NCBI GenBank assembly: GCA_965240325.2
Contig: OZ251242.1
Coordinates: 558,001 to 622,000, forward strand
Length of the DNA stretch: 64,000 nt
Direction of reading: 5' to 3'
Origin: Rebecca billardiae RCC1528
Taxonomy: Eukaryota > Protista > Haptophyta
The position numbers were made by a program, and so were the translations under genes. Shown piece after piece: positions 46,338 through 59,266 of this stretch (the stretch's first letter is position 1; each line of letters opens with the position of its first letter). The notes beneath the pieces were generated by a model. That model ran no database searches. It worked only from the letters and a program-made list of their open reading frames with translations, and was not told where the DNA came from.

Positions 46338-46930
46338 CTGCCCGGAGCGGCCGCCGCCGCCGCCGTCGCGATCGCCGCCGCCGCGATCGCCGCCGCCGCG
46401 ATCGCCGCCGCCGCCACGCGCGCGCCCGCCGCCCTTGTCCCGGTCGCGGTCGCGATCGCGGTCGGCGCGCGGTCCGCCGTCGCGGTCGCGGTGGCGGTCG
46501 GCGTCACGGTCGGCGCCTCGGTCGGCGCGCGAGTCGCGCTCGCGCTCGCGCTCGGTGCGCTCGCGCTCGCGCTCACGCTCGCGCTCGGCGCGCTCGCGCT
46601 CGCGAGGGTCGCGCTCGCGCTCGCGCTCGCGCTCGGCGCGCTCGCGCTCGCGCTGCCGCTCGTGCTCGCGCTCGCGCCCGTCGCCCTTCGCGCCGCCGCC
46701 CTTGGCGTCCTTGTCGGCGCCGCCCTCCTCGCGCCGCACGGGCCGCTGCGGCGGCTTGCCGTCCGCTTCCGAGGGCTCGCGCCGCCGCTTGCGCTCGTCC
46801 AGGCCGGCGTCGACGCGCGGCTCGGACGGCGTGGGCGCGCGCGGGCCGCCGCCGCCACCGCCGTCGCCACCGGGCCCGCCGCCGCGCCGCCGCTTGCTGT
46901 CTGAGGGCGCGGCCGCGTCGCCGTTGGCGC

Positions 46931-46961
<31 letters not shown>

Positions 46962-49900
46962 CGGAGGCTCGGCGCGCGGCCGCTTGGCGGGCGCGCCGCC
47001 GTCGGCAGCGGCGCCCCCGCCCGCCCCCGCGCCTGGCTTGGCGCCCTCCGCCGCGGCCGCGGCGCCGGCGGGCAGCTTCACCTTGACGACGCCGTGCGTG
47101 AACTCCTCGTCTGTCTGCAGCTTGGCTTTGGCCGCGCTGAGCATGGCCAGGTAGCGCGAGGCGAGCATCTTGAGGTCCTCGCGCCCGCCCTCTGCGGACT
47201 CGTCCTGCGCACACGGCGCAGCGCACACGGCGCACAGGGGGAGGGGAAGCGGCTGAGGAAGTGCCGCGCGCGCTCTGTGCAGTGCGGTGGGTTGGCTGGC
47301 TGGCTGCGCGGTGCCGCACCTCCTTGATCTTTGCGACGCGCTTCTCGAGGATGACGCCGAAGCGCTGGATGGCGGGGAAGGTGGCGACCAGCTTGATGAG
47401 CACGTGCAACGCGTTGCGCACCTGTCGCGCCACACACACGCACACGCACACGCACAGAGAGAGAGGGAGAGGGGGCACGCGCGCGCGTGCGTGAGTGACG
47501 TGCGTGAGTGACGTGCGCCTCGTGCCTGCGTGCGTGCGCGCGCCTCCGCGCGCGTGCGTCCCCACACCTCCATGTACTCCTTCGACTCGAGCGCGTGCAC
47601 GAACGTCTTGGTGAGGCGCATGTACCACTTGTGCAGGATGCGCACAAACTCGTCGAAGGAGGCGCGCTTCGTCGTGCTCTTGACCGAGACGGAGAAGCCG
47701 GGCAGCGCCTTGCACTCGCGCTCGTACACCGCGCGCGACGACTTCCAGTGGTGCAGCAGCCGCAGCGTCTCCGCGAGGAAGCGCCCCAGGTTGGCCGCCT
47801 CGCGCTCGGTGCAGCTGAAGACGTGCACCGTCACGTCCTTGAGCAGCCGGTCGAGGTACTGCAGCGTCGAGAAGCGCGCGGCGCCCAGCGAGTGGCACAG
47901 CGCGACGAACTCGGCGCAGTACCGCGCGTCGGCGGGCGAGAAGACCGCGCGCGGCAGGATGCAGTGCTGCAGGAACGCCGTCATCGCCTCGTGCTCCACG
48001 CGCGCGCACGCGCCGGGGAACCAGCTGTCGCGCGCCGCGCGCAGCTGCTCGCGCACCGCGCGCACGCGCGCGCCCTGGCGCGCGCTGTCCGCGCGCAGCC
48101 GCTCGACGAGCGCGCTGTACCGCTCCTTCTCGCGCCGCCGCTTCGCGAGCGCGGACGCGGCGGTCTCGGGGTCGTGGTCGAGCGCCGCCTGCACCGCGCG
48201 CACGCGCGCGCACAGCGCCTCGTACGCGGGCGCCGGGTGGTGCACGTCTGGCAGCGAGAGCGCCCAGAAGGTGGCGTACAGCTGCGGCGAGAGGCACTCC
48301 CACGCAGCGGCGGGCAGCATCGGCCCGACGGAGGCGAGGACGGCGGGCGGCGCGAGCACCACCGCCGCGCCCGCCGCGCCGCCGTCCGCGTCCGCGCCGC
48401 CGCCCTGCCCCCGCGCCTGCCCCGGCGCGTCGTGCGCGTCGTGCGCCGCGTAGCCGTGCCTGCACACGTGGAAGGCGACCTCGGGCTGCAGCGCCTGCGC
48501 GCGCACGAGCTCGAGCGCGCCCGGCAGCAGCGCGGCGTACTCGGCGGGGGGCAGGTTGGACGCGATGAACGAGCTGAACTGGAGCAGCGCGTCGTGGCAC
48601 CGGTCGTGCAGCTCGCCGATCAGCTTGAGGTGCGGCGACTCGGTGCTCAGGCAGAGCGCCGCGCGCTGCCTCCCGAGCAGCACAAACAGCGGCGCGCACA
48701 GCCCCGCGCCCACCAGCGTGTCGCGCAGCCGCGTCGCCGCCTTCTTGGCGAGCTTGTTGCCCGCCGCGGCGGGGATGTCGATCGAGGCGGTGCGCAGCAG
48801 CTCCGAGCCCGCGCACGCCTCGAGCTGCTCCTCCGACAGGTCCTCGACGTAGTCCACCGCCGCCATCTTGAGCATGAGCTCCTTGAGCAGCAGCAGCTGC
48901 GTGCTCTGCCCCGCCTTGAGCGAGTTGGCCACGTACTGCAGCAGGCCGACCAGCTCGACGCCGAGGTGCTTCTTGTACAGCTGCGCGCAGAACGCCGCGA
49001 GCGACTGCAGCCAGTGCGACACGTTCAGCCCGTCCTCCTTGAGCCGCGAGCGCCCCGACGCGAGGTGGTCGAGCAGCACGAACGAGAGCGCGTCGAAGGA
49101 GAGCGGGCTCAGCCAGCGCAGCATCTCCACCACGGGCACGATCAGGTTCTCGTACGCCTCGATCTGGCCGATGATCGCGTCGAACACGCCGAGCGGGTGC
49201 GCGTGCGACACCTTCGCCAGCTGCCGGCCGAACTGCTTCGTGTTGTCCTTCGAGAGCCGGCGCATGATGCGCCGCGTCTCGTGCTGCGCGCCCTTCCACG
49301 CGACGACGAGCGGGGCGCACTCGGCGCGCGGCTCGGAGCGCGCCTTCAGCCGGGCGTACAGCGGGTACCGCTGCGTGTACGGCATCGCGCACAGCACGGC
49401 CCACACCTCCGACACCATCCCCACGTTCGCGCGCATCTGCGTCAGCGCGGGCAGCAGCGCCGCGTCGAGCAGCACGCGCACCGCCTCGGTGCCGCGCTCC
49501 GCGTCCGACTCGTCACCGCCACCGCCACCGCCACCGCCACCGCCACCGCCATCGCCGCCGCCCGCGGGCGCGACGTCGGCGGCGGGCGCGGGCGCGGGCG
49601 CGGACGCGCGCAGCACGTGCGCGCACAGGCGGCACACCATCGCCATCAGCGTCGGCGTGCGGTGCAGGTACAGGCCGAGCGCGCACAGCATGCGCTGCGT
49701 CTCGCCGCCCAGCGCCGCCACCACCGCCTCGACCGACGGCGGCGCGCCCAGCTCGGCCGGCGCCGAGCCGAGCGCGCGCGCGGGCGAGAGCGGCGCGTAC
49801 ACGGGCTCGAGCGCCTCGCGCACGAAGGCGGCGAGCTCCTCCGACACGCGCGGGTGGCCGCACGGCTGCACCGCCGCGAACACCGCGAGCAGCTGCGAGG

Positions 49901-50163
49901 CGGGCTCCCACGCGCGCGCGGCCAGCAGCGCGTGCAGCAGACCGAGCGGCTGGTGCGCGCGCAGAGGCACGCAGTGCGCGCCCACGCCGCCGGTGCGCGC
50001 GGCCTCGTCGCGCGCGGCGTCGTCCTCGGCCTTCGCAGCGGCGAGCGCCGCCGCCTCCGCCGCCGCCGCGTCGTCCTCCTCCTCGTCCTCGCCGCCCTCG
50101 TCGCCGCCGCCGCTGCGGCGCGGCGGCGCGGCGTCGCCGCCTCGCCCGCGCGGGCCCGCAGCC

Positions 50164-50207
<44 letters not shown>

Positions 50208-50237
50208 GCCGCCGCCGCCGCCGCCCGGGCCGCCGCC

Positions 50238-50268
<31 letters not shown>

Positions 50269-51414
50269 CCCGCCTCGCCGCCGCCGCCGCCCAGGCTGAT
50301 CGCGCCGATCTTGTTGGCGGCCAGCAGCGCGTCCTTGACCGCGCCGCGCTGCACCTCGGCCGCCTCGTGCGGCGCGGGCTGCAGGTGGGGCAGCAGCTCG
50401 TCGAGGCGGACGCGGCCGGCGCACAAGAGCGTGGCGGCGAGCGCGTACAGCGAGGGCGGCGTGGTGCCGCCCGCCGCGCAGCCGTGGAACTTGAAGCCGA
50501 GGATGTGCGGCACCACCTGCGGGCGGAAGAGCTCGAGCACGCGCAGACCGGCGGCGGCCTGCGCGGGCGCGGCCTGGATGAAGGTGAGCACGACGTCGCA
50601 CACGCGGTTCGGGTCGAGGTCGAAGTAGCCGATCAGCGACTGCACGTTCCGCACCACAGCGAGCGTCGACTGGCCCGCCCGCGTGCACATCGCGTCCGCG
50701 CCGCCGCGCGCGGACGGCGGCGCGCCGAGCGGCAGCGGCGGCGGCAGCTCGGCGAGCTCGGTGAGCAGCTTGGAGTAGCCCTCCGACTCCTCGCGCAGCA
50801 GGTTGTACTTCTGCTGCACGTACTTCTGCGTCGTGTTCACCTTCACCTGCGCGCCGCGCCGCGCCGCGCGCCGCGCGCGCGACCGTGGCGGCGTGAGGGC
50901 GCGCCTGCGCCGCGCGCGCACGCGCGCGGGCCGCGTCCGGGCCGCGCGCGGTACGCACCTCCTTGCGCTTGAACACCTCGGCGCTCGGGATGACGCCAGC
51001 CGCCTGCAGCAGCTCGAACTCGAGCGTCTCCTTCAGCTCCGCCTCGGACACCGCAGACTGCGCGATGCACGCGCGCACGAGCGAGACCAGCTGCTCGCGC
51101 GCTGCCCCCGGCTCCGCGAGCGCGTCGACCTCGATGCCGAGGAGCCAGAGCGTGTCCATCAGCGCGGTGCGCAGCCGCGGCGCACGCTCGTCGCCCGCGG
51201 CGCCCTGCGCGGCCTCGAAGAGCTCGGCCGCCGCCTTGGCCGGCAGCGCGCCGCGCAGCGCCGCGCGGCACAGCTCGGCCGTGACGGTCGTGGCCGCGGG
51301 CACGCCGTCATCGAGGACGCCCAGCCCGTCGAGCAGCAGCCGCAGCGCCTGCGCCTGCCCGCCGTCCGACCACGTGCGGAGCAACTCCTCCGTCACAGAT
51401 GGCCCCTTCCCCAT
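46038..51414 (-). CDS. THOC2: THO complex subunit 2 (introns 50847-50958, 47422-47567, 47205-47319)
   Basis: VNT...QQKYNLLREESEGYSKL, SLIGYFDLDPNRV, ILGFKF, IMRRLSKDN, QIEAYENLI, FLQHCILPR, EYMEVRNAL, and an RE-rich tail. Confidence 0.97.
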
Positions 51415-51591
51415 CGCGCCCTTCGCGCGCGCGTCCACGCCGGTGGCGCGCAGCAGCTCGACCGACGCCTCGGCCCGCGTGCGCGAGTCGCGCGCTCCAG
51501 CCGGACGGCTGGCGCTTGGCACGGCAGACCACGAGGAGTTCAGAGTCGAGCAGCAGTCCGGGGCGCGCATGCGCGCGGCGCGCCCGGCCTG

Positions 51592-53887
51592 ATGGGCGCA
51601 TGGCGGCGCCCGTCGGCCGCCCTGCTCGCGCTGCTCGTGCTCGCGCTGGGTCTCCTGCACCTGGCGGCGCGGCGAGGCGCGCGCGCGATTGATGCCCACC
51701 TAGCTATCGCGCCCGCGGGCGGCGCATCGCAGCTTCTGGCCGTCCGCGCCGTGCGCGCGGGCGCGCTCGCCGCGCGCAGCGCCGCCGCGGGCGCGCCGCC
51801 GCTCGCGTGGAACGCGACCGGGCTGGCGGGCGGGGCCGAGGGTGCCACGCCACAGGGCTGGGACGTCGCGCTCGTCCGCATCCGCGCGCTCGCCACGTCC
51901 AACCTCGTGGCGGTGCGCACGAACGACGAGCTCGTGGCGAGCGTGCGTGACTCGGAGGGCGCGGGCGTGCTCTTTGAGCGCTGGGCGCTGCCGCTGCCCT
52001 CCGAGGCTCGAGGCTGCGCGCGCGGCGGCGGGGAAGGACGGCAGGTGTTCGCGCTGCTCTCGCGTCGCACGGGGCGCTTCGTGAGAGCGCGCGCGCCGGG
52101 CGACGAGCGCGAGTGGGCGCTCACGGCCGACGAGCCGTGGCCGGCGGACGCGCGCGTGCGCGCGCGCTCGCCCGCGCTGCTGGCCGCGCTGCCCGCGAGC
52201 GCGCTGTTCGAGGCGCACGGCTCGCACGTGTTCAGCTGCGCCGTGGGCGCGTACGTCAACGTGCGCCCGCGCGGCGCGCTGCGCACGCACTCGGACGACG
52301 GCCCGCCCTTCGGCCGGCCGGCAGGGCCGCTGCCGCGCGGCGCGCTCGCCATCGAGCCGATCGCGCACGCACTCGCGCACGTCGCCACGCCGCTGCCCGC
52401 GGCCGGCTACACGTTCGTGAGCGTGGACTACCACATCGCCACCGCGCAGGACTCGGGCGCCACACTGCGCTCGCTGGGCATGAACTTCGTCGACCTCTCG
52501 CTCTCCGGCGCGTGCGCGCGCGTGGGCACGTGCGCGCGCGGGCTGCACGTGCTCACGCGCGAGAACGGCTTCACGCTCTGCCCGCAGCCGCACGCGCTGC
52601 GCCGCGCCTTCTTTGCGCGGTACAGGCAGTCCGAGCTCGTCCGCCACGCGGACGCGTTCATCTGCTCGCACCCGGCGGTACGCGCCTCGCCCGCTACACA
52701 GGGCGCGCGCGCGCGCGCGCACGCGTGCGACCCGACTTGCATCTCCTCTTCTGACCGTGGCCTGCACGCCCTTCGTGCGCGCGCTCAGGCCATGTGCGAG
52801 CTCTTCCTGCCGTTCGGGCGCGCGCTCGTCGTCGTCGTCACGACGAACCTCGAGCTCGCGCGCGAGAACGGCGAGCGCTGGCGCGCATGGCTGAGCGCGA
52901 TCCAGCGCCTCGACGCCGACCCGCGGTGCGTGCTCGGCGCCAACTCGGTCTACGACCAGCAGTACGTGCGGTACTTCACGGGCGTGGAGCCCTTGCTGCT
53001 GCCGTCGCTCGCGTCGTACGTAGAGCCCGTGTACGCGCCGTCACGCCCGCAGGTGCTGCTGGCGCCCGCCCACTCCGCCGCCGCCGAGCAGCAGCTTGAC
53101 GGCGTCCGCGCGCACGCTCCGGATGTGCAGTTCGCGCGGCTGCGCGATCTCTACCCGTCGTACGACTTCGCCGACCTCGCTGCGCACCCGGCGGTGGTGT
53201 TCGTGCCGTACACCAAGTCAGTCATGACTTTCTTCGAGCTCTACCGCATGGGGGTGCCGCTGTTCTTCCCATCACTCAATGTGCGCGCCGCGCTCCTGCC
53301 GCGACGAAGCGGCGGGCTCGCGCAACGCGGTGCCACTCTGGCTGCCGAGTGCCTCACACCCCCAGGCTGCCTGCCCGCACCTCGCTCGGCCCGTCCCGCA
53401 CCGTCGCGCACACGCCGCGCTCCAGCTGCTCGTGCGCTGGGAAATGGAGCACCACGTCATGTCCGAACGCATCTACTGGAGCACCGCGCCCTCCCCGGTT
53501 GTTCGCCCGGTGGGGCCGTCGCCCAACACGCGGACAGACGAGGGCGCGGTGCGGCACTGGCTCGCGCTCTCTGACGCGTACACGTGGCCACACGTCCAGT
53601 ACTTCGACAGCGTCGAGCATCTGGCGCGCATGCTGCAGGCGGCGACGCCGGCACGCCTTCGCAATATCAGTGCTCACATGCGCCAGCACACCCGAGCGCA
53701 CGATGCTGTCGTGCGGGCGCACTGGGCAGGCGCGCTCGGCCGAGTCCTCAACTCGCAGGCTCCAGGCACGCTGGCCGTGCCCGACGACCTCGATACGGAG
53801 CTCGAGCGCCGATTCGGTCTCGAGCTTCCACGCGCTGAGCCGAGCTGTGCACGCGACTCGGCGCCCGACCAGGGCGTGTGGGCGTGA
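51592..53887 (+). CDS. Type II membrane glycosyltransferase-like hypothetical protein (introns 52678-52788, 53281-53425)
   Basis: N-terminal TM; DYHI, CSHP and HPAVVFVPYTKSVMTFFELYRMGVPLFFPS (GT-B-like E..G.P motif). Splice junctions are in frame. Confidence 0.75.
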
Positions 53888-56632
53888 CGCATCGCGAGCG
53901 CGACAACAGCCAGCGGCTGGCTTATGGGCGCGCCATCCTGGCATTGAATGGCGACTGCTCTCAGACGTGCGCATATCTCGATCTCGAGCTATCCAGCGGA
54001 GCCACCCAAGGGCACGACAGGCGAGGCCCTACTCTCGTTCCCGCACGCCATTTGGGTGAACAAGGGGCCTGGAGGGCGTCTAACCACACGAGGAGCCTAC
54101 AACGCCCTCCATTATTCCGAGCATGGCCTTGTTTGCAGTGCTGGTGCGTCTGTCTGCTCGATCGGATGGGACGTGGTACCCAACCGAACAAGCGCCACAA
54201 TCTGTCTTCGCGTGGATGCCAACTCGATCAGCTTGCTCAGTGCTCTCCGGATGAATGGGGCCGCCACCCATTGCGCCTCTTCTCGCAAGCCACTCGATCA
54301 CGCCTCAAGCCGATGCAATGGCACAGTACGCCGCGGCTGGTCGGCGACACCAGCCTTGGGCTGACGCCGTCGGGCGCGCATGCCGTTCGACGGCAAGCGC
54401 TTCATTGACGGCACCGTCCCCGGCGGCGCGGCGCGCGGGTACGAGGTACTTTCGAACGTGGGCGTGGACCCCACTTCTGGACCATGTGTTCCCGCCGCGG
54501 CCGTCCGAACACGCTGCAGCAGAACGGAAGGCGGTTCAACTCGCGCATCGCCCCTCGATGCGCAACAGAGCATCCAGCACCGTCACAGAATCCAGGCACG
54601 TCACGCCCGCGCGAGCGGTCGCGGATCCACCAGGGTGCACACGTGCGTGCAAGCGCTGTCTCGTGCCCTCCGTCGCAGGCGCACCTCTCGTCCTCGCACC
54701 TACGGTCGTCTCGCCGTCGTCGTGAATCGCCACGCTGCGCGTCCATGTCATTGCAGGCACCCGCGCAAACCGCGCGCGCGGCGACGCAAGGGTTCGGTTG
54801 GAGCCGGCCTCGACGCGATGCGCGCGCGGGCAACACGCACAACCCAGGCCGATCTGCTGGCTTTAATGGATTGAGGCCGTCCGATGAGCGATGCTGCGCC
54901 GGCGGTGGGTTCAGCGCAGGGTTGCGCCGGCGATCCAAGCGTGATACACCTTTCGCATGCCTCGGTCATGCCGCGTGGACCTTACCAGAGATGGGGATTG
55001 TGCTGTTGACTGCATCGGGGGCAGCGGCTGCATCGGCGCGAGCGGCGGCGTCGCGGAGTTCGCCGCGCCGCGCCAAAGATGCCGGGGGCGAACGAGCGAG
55101 CGTACATCGCTTCGGACGTGACGCCGGGCGGAGCGCCGCTCGAATCGGGCGGCGTTCGAGAAGAGCGGCTGCCGTTTGGCTGCGCGCGATCCGTCCTACG
55201 CGCCACCGGAGCGGAGCGCACGGCTGGCGTGCCGAGCGGCGCCGACGCCGTGGCGGCCTGGGCGGAGGCCACATAAAGCTCCGACCGAGTGTGTGGTGGG
55301 GGTGGTGTGTAAGCATGGCGCTCACGCCCTGTCGCCTGCAACTGTCGACGGCCGTCCTCCGCGATCCGCGACCGCTGCACAGATGTCGACTGGAAAAGAC
55401 GGTCAAAACCGGGCTGCGTCGTCATTCCTGCATCCGTGAACCTGTTGACGACGACCCCGCATTGCGGCAACGTGCCAGGGGCCTGTTGACGACGACCCCA
55501 CCTTGCGGCAACGTGCTAGACGGTTGCGCCCATGCACAACATACGGCACTTGGACGCACGTTGGCCGCGTGACCACAGAAAAGTTCAAGGTGTCGTGCCG
55601 CTGGACGGGTCGCCGTGAAAACGAAGCACTTTGAAGTTGCTGATTTAGCATGCAGAGTAGCAGCAGCGACGGGTGGATGCAATACAGCCGGCGTGTGACG
55701 CAAACCCACGGCCGCCGGCGCGCCGTGGCGGCGGCGCGGGGTACGACTCGCAACACAGAAGCGGCTTAGGGCGCCGATGCCCCGCTTGAGCACGTGCTGG
55801 GTCTGTGCACCGCAGTTCGTGCGACAAAAGGCGGCACCGTCCGGCAATCCAGCTCGCAGCAGACACCGCAGCCATCCGCGAAGGCCAGCTCGATGAGGCG
55901 TCCATCGATCTGGTGAGCATGATGCATCCGCCATTGCGCGCGCTTGAGTGTGGCACCTCTGAGAAGGTTGAAACGGACGAGGCGGTGGCGCGCCGTCCGT
56001 ACAGTAGTGAAGCCGTCTGTGCGGCGTGCCATAGCCCCGTGGCGCATGGCAGGTGGCGTCCGTACACACGTGCCTGTGCGCAGTGTGCGATCAGGATGCG
56101 GTCGGTCGGAGAAACGAACAACGTGTCCGTGTGCCCGCCGCCGTCGATGGCGCAATGGGCGTGCACAGGGGATGCTCGACCGGCCTGCGTGCCTCACGCA
56201 CGGCGGTTGTTGCATGATGGTGTGGAACTGTCAAGAGGTGCTCAATAATCTTGCAGCAGCCGAGCGCGAAACGACACACCCAAGCTCAAAGCTGTGTCAA
56301 AGAGCGTACACTTTACTTTCGCCCTTGGCGCGCGGGCGGCTCGGTGAAGCTGCCTTGAACACTGGACCATCAAACCCGCCTGCTGGTTGTTGATGGGCGT
56401 CCTCGTTTTCATTCAAACGTGCCCCCATGAATCTTTGTCCTGCAACTACACGTTGCTGTCAATTCTGCAGTTGCAGCAGCAGCCAGGCGCTGCCCTGGCG
56501 GTAGCCCCCATATCCGACCGGCCGGCCACCTCCGCGTTGCCTGTGCCATCGAAGAAGCCCAGCACTCAGTGTGCCGGCGCGTGTGCCCGTCTGAGACGCT
56601 CGGCGCGCGCTCCTGGAAGGCCACCGCGCCCG

Positions 56633-57655
56633 CTACCCGGTGCTTGCCATCGAACGGCCCAAAGCGGGATGAGCGCCGGAGCGCCCCGACGCACTGCGAC
56701 GCGGGGCCCGCGCGTCGAGCGCGGCGCGATCCCGTGCGGCCGACGATGGGTGGCGGGTGCGCGGGACGGTGACGACCTGCGGCATGTGCATCGCCGCCAG
56801 GCGCGAGGCGAGCTCGCGCCTCAGTGCGGCGGCGGCGCTCGTGCGCACGTACACGACCCAGCCCACCGGCGCGTACGCGAAGGCGGCGTCCGTACGGCAG
56901 CCGACGAGGACGCAGTCAGGGCGCCGGCGCAGCGACGGGCTGCCGCCGCGCACGAGCTCGACGTACTCGTCGGCGTGCGTGCGCAGGTACGCGTCCACGT
57001 GGCGCGCGTGACGGTCCGTGTCGTGCAGCGCGAGCAGCGTGGGCGCGCACGCCTCGCGCACGGCCGTGAAGTCGGCCCAAGCCGTGTACGGCCCCCCGTC
57101 GAGCAGCACGAGGTCGTAGCGGTGCGCGCCGCACGCACGCGCGAGCTGCGGCTGCGAGCCGTTGATCAGCGCGGCGTCACGCGCGTAGAATCGGTGGAAG
57201 TACTCGTCTCGATCCATCGGCGCAATCTCCTCTGGCGCGAGCAGCCCTGCGAGCGGCACCGAGGTGCCGAGCAGGCACCACGCGGGCTGCTCACGCAGCA
57301 CGGCACGCGCGTGCTCCCAGTTGGCACGCAGCAGCTCGATGCTGGTGACCCACGAGCCGCAGCACCTGCGCGGTGGGTCGCCGCCGGCCGCCACGCAATC
57401 ATCCGCCGCTGCCGAGCGGCGGAGCGCGTGGGCGAGCAGGAGAGTCGAGCCGACGCCCTGCCCGGTGCCGACCTCGAGCACATGCCTGACGCTGGGGAGG
57501 GACGCGAGCGACTCGAGCGCCCGGCCAAAGGCCGTGTCCGCGGAGATGTGCGCGTGCGCGCGCGGCCCTCGTGGCGGAGCCACGCGTGCGCCCGCGACGT
57601 CGAAGCACGCACGATCGAGCGCACTCGCCAGCGTTAGTGCGGCGAGGAGCAGCAT
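56633..57655 (-). CDS. SAM-dependent methyltransferase-like protein with signal peptide
   Basis: VLEVGTGQGVGST (motif I), TSIEL, YDLVLLDGG, LALHD. Confidence 0.8.
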   Translation of the reverse strand: MLLLAALTLASALDRACFDVAGARVAPPRGPRAHAHISADTAFGRALESLASLPSVRHVLEVGTGQGVGSTLLLAHALRRSAAADDCVAAGGDPPRRCCGSWVTSIELLRANWEHARAVLREQPAWCLLGTSVPLAGLLAPEEIAPMDRDEYFHRFYARDAALINGSQPQLARACGAHRYDLVLLDGGPYTAWADFTAVREACAPTLLALHDTDRHARHVDAYLRTHADEYVELVRGGSPSLRRRPDCVLVGCRTDAAFAYAPVGWVVYVRTSAAAALRRELASRLAAMHMPQVVTVPRTRHPSSAARDRAALDARAPRRSASGRSGAHPALGRSMASTG

Positions 57656-58171
57656 GGCGCCGTGGACATGCGGCGGGCCAACCGCCTGGGGGGCGCTCGC
57701 ACGGCGGTGCGCGGCGTCACTCATCGCCGGCCATGGCCGGGACGGCGCCGCTCGCCACCCGGCAAACCCCCGCGACCGTCGGTCCGGCCAAAGAAATTCC
57801 GGCGATGACGACTGGAAAACTGGAGTAGACACCCCGCTCAACCGTCGTCAACGCCACCGGAAAGTGGCTGACGCCGACTCACGATGGACAGTGCACGCTT
57901 GGTGCACGGCTGGCGGCGCGGCAGTGACTCAGTGACTCAGTGAGTGAGCAGACTACTGTGCTGAGATGCACGTCCTCCGGTCAGTCCCTGAGGCATCAGC
58001 CAGCCTGGGCCGCGACCGCGGTAGGCAGATGACGCGGCCCGCATGACTATGGTGCCGCCGCCGGCGGGGCGCGGGGCGGGATGCGCCCTGCCCGCTGCCC
58101 CGCTGTCAGTGGGCCACTGTCACAGCCGGCGCTCGTCGCGGGACAGCGCCGCCGCTGACGCCGTCGAATCG

Positions 58172-59146
58172 TCACGAATGCGGAGCCTGACGGGACCGCG
58201 ATCGATCGAGCTGCTCAGAAGTATGGGCCGGACGTGCCCGCGGATAGGTGGCATTGGGAGCATCCGCCGCCGCGCGAGCCCCCGGCAGCGCACGACGGGC
58301 TATTGCGAGTCCGCCGTCAGCAGCAGTGATCGCGTCGCCGCGGCGCAGCAGGCGGCGCCCGAGCCCTCCTGCGGCGCCAGGGCTGGGGGCATGGCCCCGG
58401 TCGTACGCCACTGGGCTGCGGCCGGGAAAGAGGGTGCGGCACTCGCCAGTCTCGAGGCTGGCCATGCCAAGGAACGCGCACAGCCGACGCGCGAGCGCGC
58501 TCGACTCCTCCGCCTCGACGTTCACCTCGAGCAGCCGGTGGCTGTCCGCGCCGCCCGCAAAGAGCGCGCGCACGCGCGCGTTGTGCTCGTCCATCGCACG
58601 CACGGCGGCTTCGCGCGTGAGCGGGCGCGCGTTGAGCAGCTGCTCGTACACGCGCCGCTTGTCCGGCCTGGCCTCGACCCAGCGGCTGACGGACGCCCAC
58701 CACGCGCCCGGATCGCGCACCGTGAGGACGAAGCGCGCGTCCGGCCGCTCCTCCTTCATCTTTGCGAGCAGGTGCACGTCGCAGCACCACGGGTAGTCCT
58801 CGAAGGCGTAGCAGTCCTGCGAGACGGCGATGAGGTGCTTCCGGCTCACGCCGTACGCGTTGAACACGCCGATGTTCTCATCGCGCACGGCGGGCACCTG
58901 CGGCGCGAAGCCGACGCTGACGAGGAAGGTGCTGAGCGAGGTCGTGCCGGTGCGCTTCCAGCCAACGCCGACGACAGGAAAGGGTGGCTTGTACCCTTCG
59001 CGCGTGCGCGCCGGGCACTTGTACCGGCACAGGGAGGGGTACTCACGGCACACGTCCAGCGCCGACAAGGCGGCCGACCCGCCCACCGCCACCCCACCCA
59101 ACAGCAGCCAGCGGGCCGCGCGGCCGGCGAGGGCGCCAGCTGCCAT
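58172..59146 (-). CDS. Sulfotransferase-family (Sulfotransfer_4-like) protein
   Basis: VVGVGWKRTGTTSL, FEDYPW, PDARFVLTVRDP..WWAS, HNARVR...RLL; N-terminal anchor. Confidence 0.85.
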   Translation of the reverse strand: MAAGALAGRAARWLLLGGVAVGGSAALSALDVCREYPSLCRYKCPARTREGYKPPFPVVGVGWKRTGTTSLSTFLVSVGFAPQVPAVRDENIGVFNAYGVSRKHLIAVSQDCYAFEDYPWCCDVHLLAKMKEERPDARFVLTVRDPGAWWASVSRWVEARPDKRRVYEQLLNARPLTREAAVRAMDEHNARVRALFAGGADSHRLLEVNVEAEESSALARRLCAFLGMASLETGECRTLFPGRSPVAYDRGHAPSPGAAGGLGRRLLRRGDAITAADGGLAIARRALPGARAAADAPNATYPRARPAHTSEQLDRSRSRQAPHS

Positions 59147-59266
59147 CGCTCCTCGCGCCGGCCGGTTTTCCGCGGTACCGCATACCCGGGTAGGCGTCTT
59201 CAGTCAGATCGAGACAAGACTGCCGGCAGCCGGACGTGGTCCAACACTCGGTCCCGGTCATCAACG

